Of a DNA stretch of 64,000 bases, positions 28,901-42,540 are shown one piece after another. The first letter of the stretch is position 1. Each line of letters opens with the position of its first letter. Made by a program: the position numbers and the translations under genes. Below the pieces are notes generated by a model that had not been told where the DNA came from, made no database searches, and saw only the letters and a list, made by a program, of their open reading frames with translations. Origin of the DNA: Balanoglossus misakiensis (taxonomy: Eukaryota > Animalia > Hemichordata); contig CM082596.2 in the NCBI GenBank assembly GCA_040954595.2, positions 10,188,461 to 10,252,460 of the forward strand. The letters run 5' to 3'.

Positions 28901-31389
28901 CATGATTTTTTTCAAAAATCGACGAAATTTTGAGATTTTGCAAATTCGAAAATTTGTAATTTTTTGATGATTTTCACCCATGTTTTTTTTCAAAAATCAA
29001 CGAACCCATGATTTTTTTTTCAAAAATCGACCAAATTTTGGGATTTTGCAAAGACGAAAATTTGTCATTTTTTGATGATTTTCACCCATGATTTTTCTCA
29101 AAAATCGACGAAATTTTGAGATTTTGCAAAGTCGAAAATTTTTCATTTTTTGATGATTTTCACCCATGATTTTTTTCAAAAATCTAAGAAATTTTGAGAT
29201 TTTGCAAAGACGAAAATTTGTCATTTTTTGATGATTTTCACCCATGATTTTTTTCAAAAATCTGCGAAATTTTGAGATTTTGCAAAGTCGAAAATTTGTC
29301 ATTTATTAATGATTTTCACCCATGATTTTTTTCAAAAATCGACGAAATTTGAGATTTTGCAAATTCGAAAATTTGTAATTTTTTGATGATTTTCACCCTT
29401 TTTTTCAAAAATCAACGAACCCATGATTTTTTTTCAAAAATCGACAAAATTTTGAGATTTTGCAAAGCCGAAAATTTGTCATTTTTTGATGATTTTCACC
29501 CATGATTTTTCTCAAAAATCGGCGAAATTTTGAGATTTTGCAAAGTCGAAAATTTTTCATTTTTTGATGATTTTCACCCATGATTTTTTTCAAAAATCTA
29601 CGAAATTTTGAGATTTTGCAAAGTCGAAAATTTGTCATTTTTTGATGATTTTCACCCATGATTTTTTTCAAAAATCTGCGAAATTTTGAGATTTTGCAAA
29701 GTCGAAAATTTGTCATTTATTAATGATTTTCACCCATGATTTTTTTTCAAAAATCTACAAAATTTTGAGATTTTGCAAAGTCGAAAATTTGTAATTTTTT
29801 GATGATTTTCACCCATGTTTTTTTTCAAAAATCAACGAACCCATGATTTTTTTCAAAAATCGACAACATTTTGAGATTTTGCAAAGTCGAAAATTTGTCA
29901 TTTTTTGATGATTTTCACCCATGATTTTTCTCAAAAATCGACGAAATTTTGAGATTTTGCAAAGTCAAAAATTTTTCATTTTTTGATGATTTTCACCCAT
30001 GATTCTTTTCAAAAATCTACGAAATTTTGAGATTTTGCAAAGTCGAAAATTTGTCATTTTTTGATGATTTTCACCCATGATTTTTTTTCAAAAATCTGCG
30101 AAATTTTGAGATTTTGCAAAGTCGAAAATTTGTCATTTTTTGATGATTTTCACCCGTGATTTTTTTTCAAAAAATCGACGAAATTTTGAGATTTTGCAAA
30201 GTCGAAAATTTGTCATTTTTTGATGATTTTCACCCATGATTTTTTTCAAAAATCGACGAAATTTGAGATTTCGCAAAGTCGAAAATTTGTCATTTTTTGA
30301 TGATTTTCACCCATGATTTTTTTCAAAAATCTACGAAATTTTGAGATTTTGCAAAGTCGAAAATTTGTCATTTTTTGATTATTTTCACCCATGATTTTTT
30401 TTTTCAAAAAATCGACACAATTTTGAGATTTTGCAAAGTCGAAAATGTGTCATTTTTTGATGATTTTCACCCATGATTTTTTTCAAAAATCGACGAAATT
30501 TGAGATTTTGCAAAGTCGAAAATTTGTCATTTTTTGATGATTTTCACCCATGATTTTTTTTCAAAAATCGACGAAATTTTGAGATTTTGCAAAGTCGAAA
30601 ATTTGTCATTTTTTGATGATTTTCACCCATGATTTTTCTCAAAAATCGACGAAATTTTGAGATTTTGCAAAGTCGAAAATTTGTCATTTTTTGATGATTT
30701 TCACCCATGATTTTTTTCAAAAATCGACGAAATTTGAGATTTTGCAAAGTCGAAAATTTGTCATTTTTTGATGATTTTCACCCATGATTTTTTTCAAAAA
30801 TCGACGAAATTTTGAGATTTTGCAAATTCGAAAATTTGTAATTTTTTGATGATTTTCACCCATGTTTTTTTTCAAAAATCAACGAACCCATGATTTTTTT
30901 TTCAAAAATCGACCAAATTTTGGGATTTTGCAAAGACGAAAATTTGTCATTTTTTGATGATTTTCACCCATGATTTTTCTCAAAAATCGACGAAATTTTG
31001 AGATTTTGCAAAGTCGAAAATTTGTCATTTTTTGATGATTTTCACCCATGATTTTTTTCAAAAATCGACGAAATTTTGAGATTTTGCAAAGTCGAAAATT
31101 TGTCATTTTTTGATGATTTTCACCCAAGACTTTTTTTCAAAAATTTACGAAATTTTGAGATTTTGCAAAGTCGAAAATTTGTCATTTTTTGATGATTTTC
31201 ACCCATGTTTTTTTTTCAAAAATCGACGAAATTTTGAGATTTTGCAAATTCGAAAATTTGTAATTTTTTGATGATTTTCACCCATGTTTTTTTTCAAAAA
31301 TCAACGAACCCATGATTTTTTTTCAAAAGAGGACAAAATTTTGAGATTTTGCAAAGTCGAAAATTTGTCATTTATTAATGATTTTCACC

Positions 31390-33070
31390 CATGATTTTTT
31401 TTCAAAAATCGACAAAATTTTGAGATTTTGCAAAGTCGAAAATTTGTAATTTTTTGATGATTTTCACCCATGTTTTTTTTCAAAATTGAACGAACCCATG
31501 ATTTTTTTCAAAAATCGACGAAATTTTGAGATTTTGCAAAGTCGAAAATTTGTCATTTTTTGATGATTTTCACCCATGATTTTTTTCAAAAATCGACAAA
31601 ATTTTTAGATTTTGCAAAGTCGAAAATTTGTCATTTTTTGATTATTTTCACCCATGATTTTTTTCAAAAATTGACAAAATTTTTAGATTTTGCAAAGTCG
31701 AAAATTTGTCATTTTTTGATGATTTTCACCATGATTTTTTTTTTTAAAATCGACGAAATTTTGAGATTTTGCAAAGACGAAAATTTGTCATTTTTTGATG
31801 ATTTTCACCCATGATTTTTTTCAAAAATAGACAAAATTTTGAGATTTTGCAAAGTCGAAAATTTGTAATTTTTTGATGATTTTCACATGTTTTTTTTTCA
31901 AAATTGAACGAACCCATGATTTTTTTCAAAAATCGACGAAATTTTGAGATTTTGCAAAGTCGAAAATTTGTCATTTTTTGATGATTTTCACCCATGATTT
32001 TTTTCAAAAATCAACGAAATTTTGAGATTTTGCAAAGTCGAAAATTTGTCATTTTTTGATGATTTTCACCCATGATTTTTTTCAAAAATCGACGAAATTT
32101 TGAGATTTTGCAAAGTCGAAAATTTGTCATTTTTTGATGATTTTCACCCAAGACTTTTTTTCAAAAATTTACGAAATTTTGAGATTTTGCAAAGTCGAAA
32201 ATTTGTCATTTTTTGATGATTTTCACCCATGTTTTTTTTTCAAAAATCGACAAAATTTTGAGATTTTGCAAAGTCGAAAATTTGTAATTTTTTGATGATT
32301 TTCACCCATGTTTTTTTTCAAAATTGAACGAACCCATGATTTTTTTCAAAAATCGACGAAATTTTGAGATTTTGCAAAGTCGAAAATTTGTCATTTTTTG
32401 ATGATTTTCACCCATGATTTTTTTCAAAAATCGACAAAATTTTTAGATTTTGCAAAGTCGAAAATTTGTCATTTTTTGATTATTTTCACCCATGATTTTT
32501 TTCAAAAATTGACAAAATTTTTAGATTTTGCAAAGTCGAAAATTTGTCATTTTTTGATGATTTTCACCATGATTTTTTTTTTTAAAATCGACGAAATTTT
32601 GAGATTTTGCAAAGACGAAAATTTGTCATTTTTTGATGATTTTCACCCATGATTTTTTTCAAAAATAGACAAAATTTTGAGATTTTGCAAAGTCGAAAAT
32701 TTGTAATTTTTTGATGATTTTCACATGTTTTTTTTTCAAAATTGAACGAACCCATGATTTTTTTCAAAAATCGACGAAATTTTGATATTTTGCAAAGTCG
32801 AAAATTTGTCATTTTTTGATGATTTTCACCCATGATTTTTTTCAAAAATCAACGAAATTTTGAGATTTTGCAAAGTCGAAAATTTGTCATTTTTTGATGA
32901 TTTTCACCCATGATTTTTTTCAAAAATCGACGAAATTTTGAGATTTTGCAAAGTCGAAAATTTGTCATTTTTTGATGATTTTCACCCAAGACTTTTTTTC
33001 AAAAATTTACGAAATTTTGAGATTTTGCAAAGTCGAAAATTTGTCATTTTTTGATGATTTTCACCCATGT
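31390..33070. repeat. Tandem duplication of an ~838-bp block
   Basis: ORF pairs 31560/32398 and 31744/32582. Diagnostic TTTTCACATG deletion variant at ~31881 and ~32719. Confidence 0.85.
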
Positions 33071-36000
33071 TTTTTTTTCAAAAATCGACGAAATTTTGAG
33101 ATTTTGCAAATTCGAAAATTTGTAATTTTTTGATGATTTTCACCCATGTTTTTTTTCAAAAATCAACGAACCCATGATTTTTTTTCAAAAGAGGACAAAA
33201 TTTTGAGATTTTGCAAAGTCGAAAATTTGTCATTTTTTGATGATTTTCACCCATGATTTTTTTCAAAAATCGACGAAATTTTGAGATTTTGCAAAGTCGA
33301 AAATTTGTCAATTTTTGATGATTTTCACCCATGATTTTTTTTCAAAAATCGACGAAATTTTGAGATTTTGCAAAGTCGAAAATTTGTCATTTATTAATGA
33401 TTTTCACCCATGATTTTTTTTCAAAAATCGACAAAATTTTGAGATTTTGCAAAGTCGAAAATTTGTAATTTTTTGATGATTTTCACCCATGTTTTTTTTC
33501 AAAATTGAACGAACCCATGATTTTTTTCAAAAATCGACGAAATTTTGAGATTTTGCAAAGTCGAAAATTTGTCATTTTTTGATGATTTTCACCCATGATT
33601 TTTTTCAAAAATCGACAAAATTTTTAGATTTTGCAAAGTCGAAAATTTGTCATTTTTTGATTATTTTCACCCATGATTTTTTTCAAAAATCGACAAAATT
33701 TTTAGATTTTGCAAAGTCGAAAATTTGTCATTTTTTGATGATTTTAACCATGATTTTTTTTTAAAAATCGACGAAATTTTGAGATTTTGCAAAGTCGAAA
33801 ATTTGTAATTTTTTGATGATTTTCACCCATTTTTTTTTTTCAAAATTGAACGAACCCATGATTTTTTTCAAAAATCGACGAAATTTTGAGATTTGCAAAG
33901 TCGAAAATTTGTCATTTTTTGATGATTTTCACCCATGATTTTTTTCAAAAATTGACAAAATTTTTAGATTTTGCAAAGTCGAAAATTTGTCATTTTTTGA
34001 TGATTTTCACCATGATTTTTTTTTTAAAAATCGACGAAATTTTGAGATTTTGCAAAAGACGAAAATTTGTCATTTTTTGATGATTTTCACCCATGATTTT
34101 TTTCAAAAATAGACAAAATTTTGAGATTTTGCAAAGTCGAAAATTTGTAATTTTTTGATGATTTTCACATGTTTTTTTTTCAAAATTGAACGAACCCATG
34201 ATTTTTTTCAAAAATCGACGAAATTTTGAGATTTTGCAAAGTCGAAAATTTGTCATTTTTTGATGATTTTCACCCATGATTTTTTTCAAAAATCGACGAA
34301 ATTTTGAGATTTTGCAAAGTCGAAAATTTGTCATTTTTTGATGATTTTCACCCATGATTTTTTTCAAAAATCGACGAAATTTTGAGATTTGCAAAGTCGA
34401 AAAATTTGTCATTTTTTGATGATTTTCACCCAAGACTTTTTTTCAAAAATTTACGAAATTTTGAGATTTTGCAAAGTCGAAAATTTGTCATTTTTTGATG
34501 ATTTTCACCCATGTTTTTTTTTTCAAAAATCGACGAAATTTTGAGATTTTTGCAAATTCGAAAATTTGTAATTTTTTGATGATTTTCGCCCATGTTTTTT
34601 TTCAAAAATCAACGAACCCATGATTTTTTTTCAAAAGAGGACAAAATTTTGAGATTTTGCAAAGTCGAAAATTTGTCATTTTTTGATGATTTTCACCCAT
34701 GATTTTTTTCAAAAATCGACGAAATTTTGAGATTTTGCAAAGTCGAAAATTTGTCATTTTTTGATGATTTCACCCATGATTTTTTTTCAAAAATCGACGA
34801 AATTTTGAGATTTTGCAAAGTCGAAAATTTGTCATTTATTAATGATTTTCACCCATGATTTTTTTTCAAAATCGACAAAATTTGAGATTTTGCAAAGTCG
34901 AAATTTGTAATTTTTGATGATTTTCACCCATGTTTTTTCAAAATTGAACGAACCCATGATTTTTTCAAAAATCGACGAAATTTTGAGATTTTGCAAAGTC
35001 GAAAATTTGTCATTTTTTGATGATTTTCACCCATGATTTTTTTCAAAAATCGACAAAATTTTAGATTTTGCAAAGTCGAAAATTTGTCATTTTTTGATGA
35101 TTTTAACCATGATTTTTTTTTAAAAATCGACGAAATTTTGAGATTTTGCAAAGTCGAAAATTTGTAATTTTTTGATGATTTTCACCCATGTTTTTTTTCA
35201 AAATTGAACGAACCCATGATTTTTTTCAAAAATCGACGAAATTTTGAGATTTTGCAAAGTCGAAAATTTGTCATTTTTTGATGATTTTCACCCATGATTT
35301 TTTTCAAAAATCGACAAAATTTTTAGATTTTGCAAAGTCGAAAATTTGTCATTTTTTGATTATTTTCACCCATGATTTTTTTCAAAAATTGACAAAATTT
35401 TTAGATTTTGCAAAGTCGAAAATTTGTCATTTTTTGATGATTTTCACCATGATTTTTTTTTTTAAAATCGACGAAATTTTGAGATTTTGCAAAGACGAAA
35501 ATTTGTCATTTTTTGATGATTTTCACCCATGATTTTTTTCAAAAATAGACAAAATTTTGAGATTTTGCAAAGTCGAAAATTTGTAATTTTTTGATGATTT
35601 TCACATGTTTTTTTTTCAAAATTGAACGAACCCATGATTTTTTTCAAAAATCGACGAAATTTTGATATTTTGCAAAGTCGAAAATTTGTCATTTTTTGAT
35701 GATTTTCACCCATGATTTTTTTCAAAAATCAACGAAATTTTGAGATTTTGCAAAGTCGAAAATTTGTCATTTTTTGATGATTTTCACCCATGATTTTTTT
35801 CAAAAATCGACGAAATTTTGAGATTTTGCAAAGTCGAAAATTTGTCATTTTTTGATGATTTTCACCCAAGACTTTTTTTCAAAAATTTACGAAATTTTGA
35901 GATTTTGCAAAGTCGAAAATTTGTCATTTTTTGATGATTTTCACCCATGTTTTTTTTTCAAAAATCGACGAAATTTTGAGATTTTGCAAATTCGAAAATT

Positions 36001-38170
36001 TGTAATTTTTTGATGATTTTCACCCATGTTTTTTTTCAAAAATCAACGAACCCATGATTTTTTTTCAAAAGAGGACAAAATTTTGAGATTTTGCAAAGTC
36101 GAAAATTTGTCATTTTTTGATGATTTTCACCCATGATTTTTTTCAAAAATCGACGAAATTTTGAGATTTTGCAAAGTCGAAAATTTGTCAATTTTTGATG
36201 ATTTTCACCCATGATTTTTTTTCAAAAATCGACGAAATTTTGAGATTTTGCAAAGTCGAAAATTTGTCATTTATTAATGATTTTCACCCATGATTTTTTT
36301 TCAAAAATCGACAAAATTTTGAGATTTTGCAAAGTCGAAAATTTGTAATTTTTTGATGATTTTCACCCATGTTTTTTTTCAAAATTGAACGAACCCATGA
36401 TTTTTTTCAAAAATCGACGAAATTTTGAGATTTTGCAAAGTCGAAAATTTGTCATTTTTTGATGATTTTCACCCATGATTTTTTTCAAAAATCGACAAAA
36501 TTTTTAGATTTTGCAAAGTCGAAAATTTGTCATTTTTTGATTATTTTCACCCATGATTTTTTTCAAAAATCGACAAAATTTTTAGATTTTGCAAAGTCGA
36601 AAATTTGTCATTTTTTGATGATTTTAACCATGATTTTTTTTTAAAAATCGACGAAATTTTGAGATTTTGCAAAGTCGAAAATTTGTAATTTTTTGATGAT
36701 TTTCACCCATTTTTTTTTTTCAAAATTGAACGAACCCATGATTTTTTTCAAAAATCGACGAAATTTTGAGATTTTGCAAAGTCGAAAATTTGTCATTTTT
36801 TGATGATTTTCACCCATGATTTTTTTCAAAAATTGACAAAATTTTTAGATTTTGCAAAGTCGAAAATTTGTCATTTTTTGATGATTTTCACCATGATTTT
36901 TTTTTTAAAAATCGACGAAATTTTGAGATTTTGCAAAGACGAAAATTTGTCATTTTTTGATGATTTTCACCCATGATTTTTTTCAAAAATAGACAAAATT
37001 TTGAGATTTTGCAAAGTCGAAAATTTGTAATTTTTTGATGATTTTCACATGTTTTTTTTTCAAAATTGAACGAACCCATGATTTTTTTCAAAAATCGACG
37101 AAATTTTGAGATTTTGCAAAGTCGAAAATTTGTCATTTTTTGATGATTTTCACCCATGATTTTTTTCAAAAATCGACGAAATTTTGAGATTTTGCAAAGT
37201 CGAAAATTTGTCATTTTTTGATGATTTTCACCCATGATTTTTTTCAAAAATCGACGAAATTTTGAGATTTTGCAAAGTCGAAAATTTGTCATTTTTTGAT
37301 GATTTTCACCCAAGACTTTTTTTCAAAAATTTACGAAATTTTGAGATTTTGCAAAGTCGAAAATTTGTCATTTTTTGATGATTTTCACCCATGTTTTTTT
37401 TTCAAAAATCGACGAAATTTTGAGATTTTGCAAATTCGAAAATTTGTAATTTTTTGATGATTTTCACCCATGTTTTTTTTCAAAAATCAACGAACCCATG
37501 ATTTTTTTTCAAAAGAGGACAAAATTTTGAGATTTTGCAAAGTCGAAAATTTGTCATTTTTTGATGATTTTCACCCATGATTTTTTTCAAAAATCGACGA
37601 AATTTTGAGATTTTGCAAAGTCGAAAATTTGTCATTTTTTGATGATTTTCACCCATGATTTTTTTTCAAAAATCGACGAAATTTTGAGATTTTGCAAAGT
37701 CGAAAATTTGTCATTTATTAATGATTTTCACCCATGATTTTTTTTCAAAAATCGACAAAATTTTGAGATTTTGCAAAGTCGAAAATTTGTAATTTTTTGA
37801 TGATTTTCACCCATGTTTTTTTTCAAAATTGAACGAACCCATGATTTTTTTCAAAAATCGACGAAATTTTGAGATTTTGCAAAGTCGAAAATTTGTCATT
37901 TTTTGATGATTTTCACCCATGATTTTTTTCAAAAATCGACAAAATTTTAGATTTTGCAAAGTCGAAAATTTGTCATTTTTTGATGATTTTAACCATGATT
38001 TTTTTTTAAAAATCGACGAAATTTTGAGATTTTGCAAAGTCGAAAATTTGTAATTTTTTGATGATTTTCACCCATTTTTTTTTTTCAAAATTGAACGAAC
38101 CCATGATTTTTTTCAAAAATCGACGAAATTTTGAGATTTTGCAAAGTCGAAAATTTGTCATTTTTTGATG
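32260..38170. repeat. Tandem duplication of a ~2880-bp higher-order block
   Basis: ORF pairs 32398/35278, 32582/35462, 33579/36459 and 34924/37807. Shared TTTGATATTTTG and TTTTAACCATG variants. Confidence 0.9.
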
Positions 38171-39979
38171 ATTTTCACCCATGATTTTTTTTCAAAAATC
38201 GACGAAATTTTGAGATTTTGCAAAGTCGAAAATTTGTCATTTTTTGATGATTTTCACCATGATTTTTTTCAAAAATCGACAAAATTTTTAGATTTTGCAA
38301 AGTCGAAAATTTGTCATTTTTTGATTATTTTCACCCATGATTTTTTTCAAAAATCGACAAAATTTTTAGATTTTGCAAAGTCGAAAATTTGTCATTTTTT
38401 GATGATTTTCACCATGATTTTTTTTTAAAAATCGACGAAATTTTGAGATTTTGCAAAGACGAAAATTTGTCAGTTTTTGATGATTTTCACCCATGTTTTT
38501 TTTCAAAAATCAACGAACCCATGATTTTTTTTCAAAAAAGGACAAAATTTTGAGATTTTGCAAAGTCGAAAATTTGTCATTTATTAATGATTTTCACCCA
38601 TGATTTTTTTTCAAAAATCGACAAAATTTTGAGATTTTGCAAAGTCGAAAATTTGTAATTTTTTGATGATTTTCACCCATGTTTTTTTTCAAAATTGAAC
38701 GAACCCATGATTTTTTTCAAAAATCGACGAAATTTTGAGATTTTGCAAAGTCGAAAATTTGTCATTTTTTGATTATTTTCACCCATGATTTTTTTCAAAA
38801 ATCGACGAAATTTTGAGATTTTGCAAAGTCGAAAATTTGTCATTTTTTGATGATTTTCACCCATGATTTTTTTCAAAAATCGACGAAATTTTGAGATTTT
38901 GCAAAGTCGAAAATTTGTCATTTTTTGATGATTTTCACCCAAGACTTTTTTTCAAAAATTTACGAAATTTTGAGATTTTGCAAAGTCGAAAATTTGTCAT
39001 TTTTTGATGATTTTCACCCATGTTTTTTTTTTCAAAAATCGACGAAATTTTGAGATTTTGCAAATTCGAAAATTTGTAATTTTTTGATGATTTTCACCCA
39101 TGTTTTTTTTCAAAATTGAACGAACCCATGATTTTTTTCAAAAATCGACGAAATTTTGAGATTTTGCAAAGTCGAAAATTTGTCATTTTTTGATGATTTT
39201 CACCCATGATTTTTTTCAAAAATCGACGAAATTTTGAAATTTTGCAAAGTCGAAAATTTGTCATTTTTTGATGATTTTCACCCAAGACTTTTTTTCAAAA
39301 ATTTACGAAATTTTGAGATTTTGCAAAGTCGAAAATTTGTCATTTTTTGATGATTTTCACCCATGATTTTTTTCAAAAATCGACGAAATTTGAGATTTTG
39401 CAAAGTCGAAAATTTGTCATTTTTTGATGATTTTCACCCATGATTTTTTTCAAAAATCGACGAAATTTTGAGATTTTGCAAATTCGAAAATTTGTAATTT
39501 TTTGATGATTTTCACCCATGTTTTTTTTCAAAAATCAACGAACCCATGATTTTTTTTTCAAAAATCGACCAAATTTTGGGATTTTGCAAAGACGAAAATT
39601 TGTCATTTTTTGATGATTTTCACCCATGTTTTTTTTTTCAAAAATCGACGAAATTTTGAGATTTTGCAAATTCGAAAATTTGTAATTTTTTGATGATTTT
39701 CACCTATGTTTTTTTTCAAAAATCATCGAACCCATGATTTTTTTTCAAAAGAGGACAAAATTTTGAGATTTTGCAAAGTCGAAAATTTGTCATTTTTTGA
39801 TGATTTTCACCCATGATTTTTTTCAAAAATCGACGAAATTTTGAGATTTTGCAAAGTCGAAAATTTGTCATTTTTTGATGATTTTCACCCATGATTTTTT
39901 TTCAAAAATCGACGAAATTTTGAGATTTTGCAAAGTCGAAAATTTGTCATTTATTAATGATTTTCACCCATGATTTTTT

Positions 39980-42540
39980 TTCAAAAAATCGACGAAATTT
40001 TGAGATTTTGCAAAGTCGAAAATTTGTCATTTTTTGATGATTTTCACCCATGATTTTTTTCAAAAATCGACAAAATTTTTAGATTTTGCAAAGTCGAAAA
40101 TTTGTCATTTTTTGATTATTTTCACCCATGATTTTTTTCAAAAATCGACAAAATTTTTAGATTTTGCAAAGTCGAAAATTTGTCATTTTTTGATGATTTT
40201 CACCATGATTTTTTTTTAAAAATCGACGAAATTTTGAGATTTTGCAAAGACGAAAATTTGTCATTTTTTGATGATTTTCACCCATGTTTTTTTTCAAAAA
40301 TCAACGAACCCATGATTTTTTTTCAAAAAAGGACAAAATTTTGAGATTTTGCAAAGTCGAAAATTTGTCATTTATTAATGATTTTCACCCATGATTTTTT
40401 TTCAAAAATCGACAAAATTTTGAGATTTTGCAAAGTCGAAAATTTGTAATTTTTTGATGATTTTCACCCATGTTTTTTTTCAAAATTGAACGAACCCATG
40501 ATTTTTTTCAAAAATCGACGAAATTTTGAGATTTTGCAAAGTCGAAAATTTGTCATTTTTTGATGATTTTCACCCATGATTTTTCTCAAAAATCGACAAA
40601 ATTTTTAGATTTTGCAAAGACAAATTTTTTTCATTTTTTGATGATTTTCACCCGTGATTTTTTTTCAAAAATAGACAAAATTTTGAGATTTTGCAAAGTC
40701 GAAAATTTGACATTTTTTGATGATTTTCACCCATGTTTTTTTTCAAAAATCAACGAACCCATGATTTTTTTTCAAAAATCGACGAACCCATGATTTTTTT
40801 TCAAAAATCGACGAAATTTAGAGATTTTGCAAAGTCGAAAATTTGTCATTTCTTAATGATTTTCACCCGTTTTTTTTAAAAATCGACAAAATTTTGAGAT
40901 TTTGCAAAGTCGAAAATTTGTAATTTTTTGATGATTTTCACCCATGTTTTTTTTTAAAAATCAACGAACCCATGATTTTTTTCTAAAATTGACGAAATTT
41001 TGAGATTTTGCAAAGTCGAAAATTTGTCATTTATTAATGATTTTCACCCATGATTTTTTTTCAAAAATCGACAAAATTTTGAGATTTTGCAAAGTCGAAA
41101 ATTTGTAATTTTTTGATGATTTTCACCCATGTTTTTTTTCAAAATTGAACGAACCCATGATTTTTTTCAAAAATCGACGAAATTTTGAGATTTTGCAAAG
41201 TCGAAAATTTGTCATTTATTAATGATTTTCACCCATGATTTTTTTTCAAAAATCGACAAAATTTTGAGATTTTGCAAAGTCGAAAATTTGTAATTTTTTG
41301 ATGATTTTAACCCATGTTTTTTTTCAAAATTGAACGAACCCATGATTTTTTTCAAAAATCGACGAAATTTTGAGATTTTGCAAAGTCGAAAATTTGTCAT
41401 TTTTTGATGATTTTCACCCATGATTTTTTTCAAAAATCGACAAAATTTTTAGATTTTGCAAAGTCGAAAATTTGTCATTTTTTGATTATTTTCACCCATG
41501 ATTTTTTTCAAAAATCGACAAAATTTTTAGATTTTGCAAAGTCGAAAATTTGTCATTTTTTGATGATTTTCACCATGATTTTTTTTTAAAAATCGACGAA
41601 ATTTTGAGATTTTGCAAAGACGAAAATTTGTCATTTTTTGATGATTTTCACCCATGTTTTTTTTCAAAAATCAACGAACCCATGATTTTTTTTCAAAAAA
41701 GGACAAAATTTTGAGATTTTGCAAAGTCGAAAATTTGTCATTTATTAATGATTTTCACCCATGATTTTTTTTCAAAAATCGACAAAATTTTGAGATTTTG
41801 CAAAGTCGAAAATTTGTAATTTTTTGATGATTTTCACCCATGTTTTTTTTCAAAATTGAACGAACCCATGATTTTTTTCAAAAATCGACGAAATTTTGAG
41901 ATTTTGCAAAGTCGAAAATTTGTCATTTTTTGATGATTTTCACCCATGATTTTTCTCAAAAATCGACAAAATTTTTAGATTTTGCAAAGACAAATTTTTT
42001 TCATTTTTTGATGATTTTCACCCGTGATTTTTTTTAAAAATAGACAAAATTTTGAGATTTTGCAAAGTCGAAAATTTGACATTTTTTGATGATTTTCACC
42101 CATGTTTTTTTTCAAAAATCAACGAACCCATGATTTTTTTTCAAAAATCGACGAAATTTAGAGATTTTGCAAAGTCGAAAATTTGTCATTTCTTAATGAT
42201 TTTCACCCGTTTTTTTTAAAAATCGACAAAATTTTGAGATTTTGCAAAGTCGAAAATTTGTAATTTTTTGATGATTTTCACCCATGTTTTTTTTTAAAAA
42301 TCAACGAACCCATGATTTTTTTCTAAAATTGACGAAATTTTGAGATTTTGCAAAGTCGAAAATTTGTCATTTATTAATGATTTTCACCCATGATTTTTTT
42401 TCAAAAATCGACAAAATTTTGAGATTTTGCAAAGTCGAAAATTTGTAATTTTTTGATGATTTTCACCCATGTTTTTTTTCAAAATTGAACGAACCCATGA
42501 TTTTTTTCAAAAATCGACGAAATTTTGAGATTTTGCAAAG
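39980..42540. repeat. Duplication, offset ~1340-1370 bp
   Basis: ORF pair 40034/41404. Shared GACAAATTTTTT variant (~40619/~41989) and TTCTAAAATTGAC (40981/42321). Confidence 0.8.
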
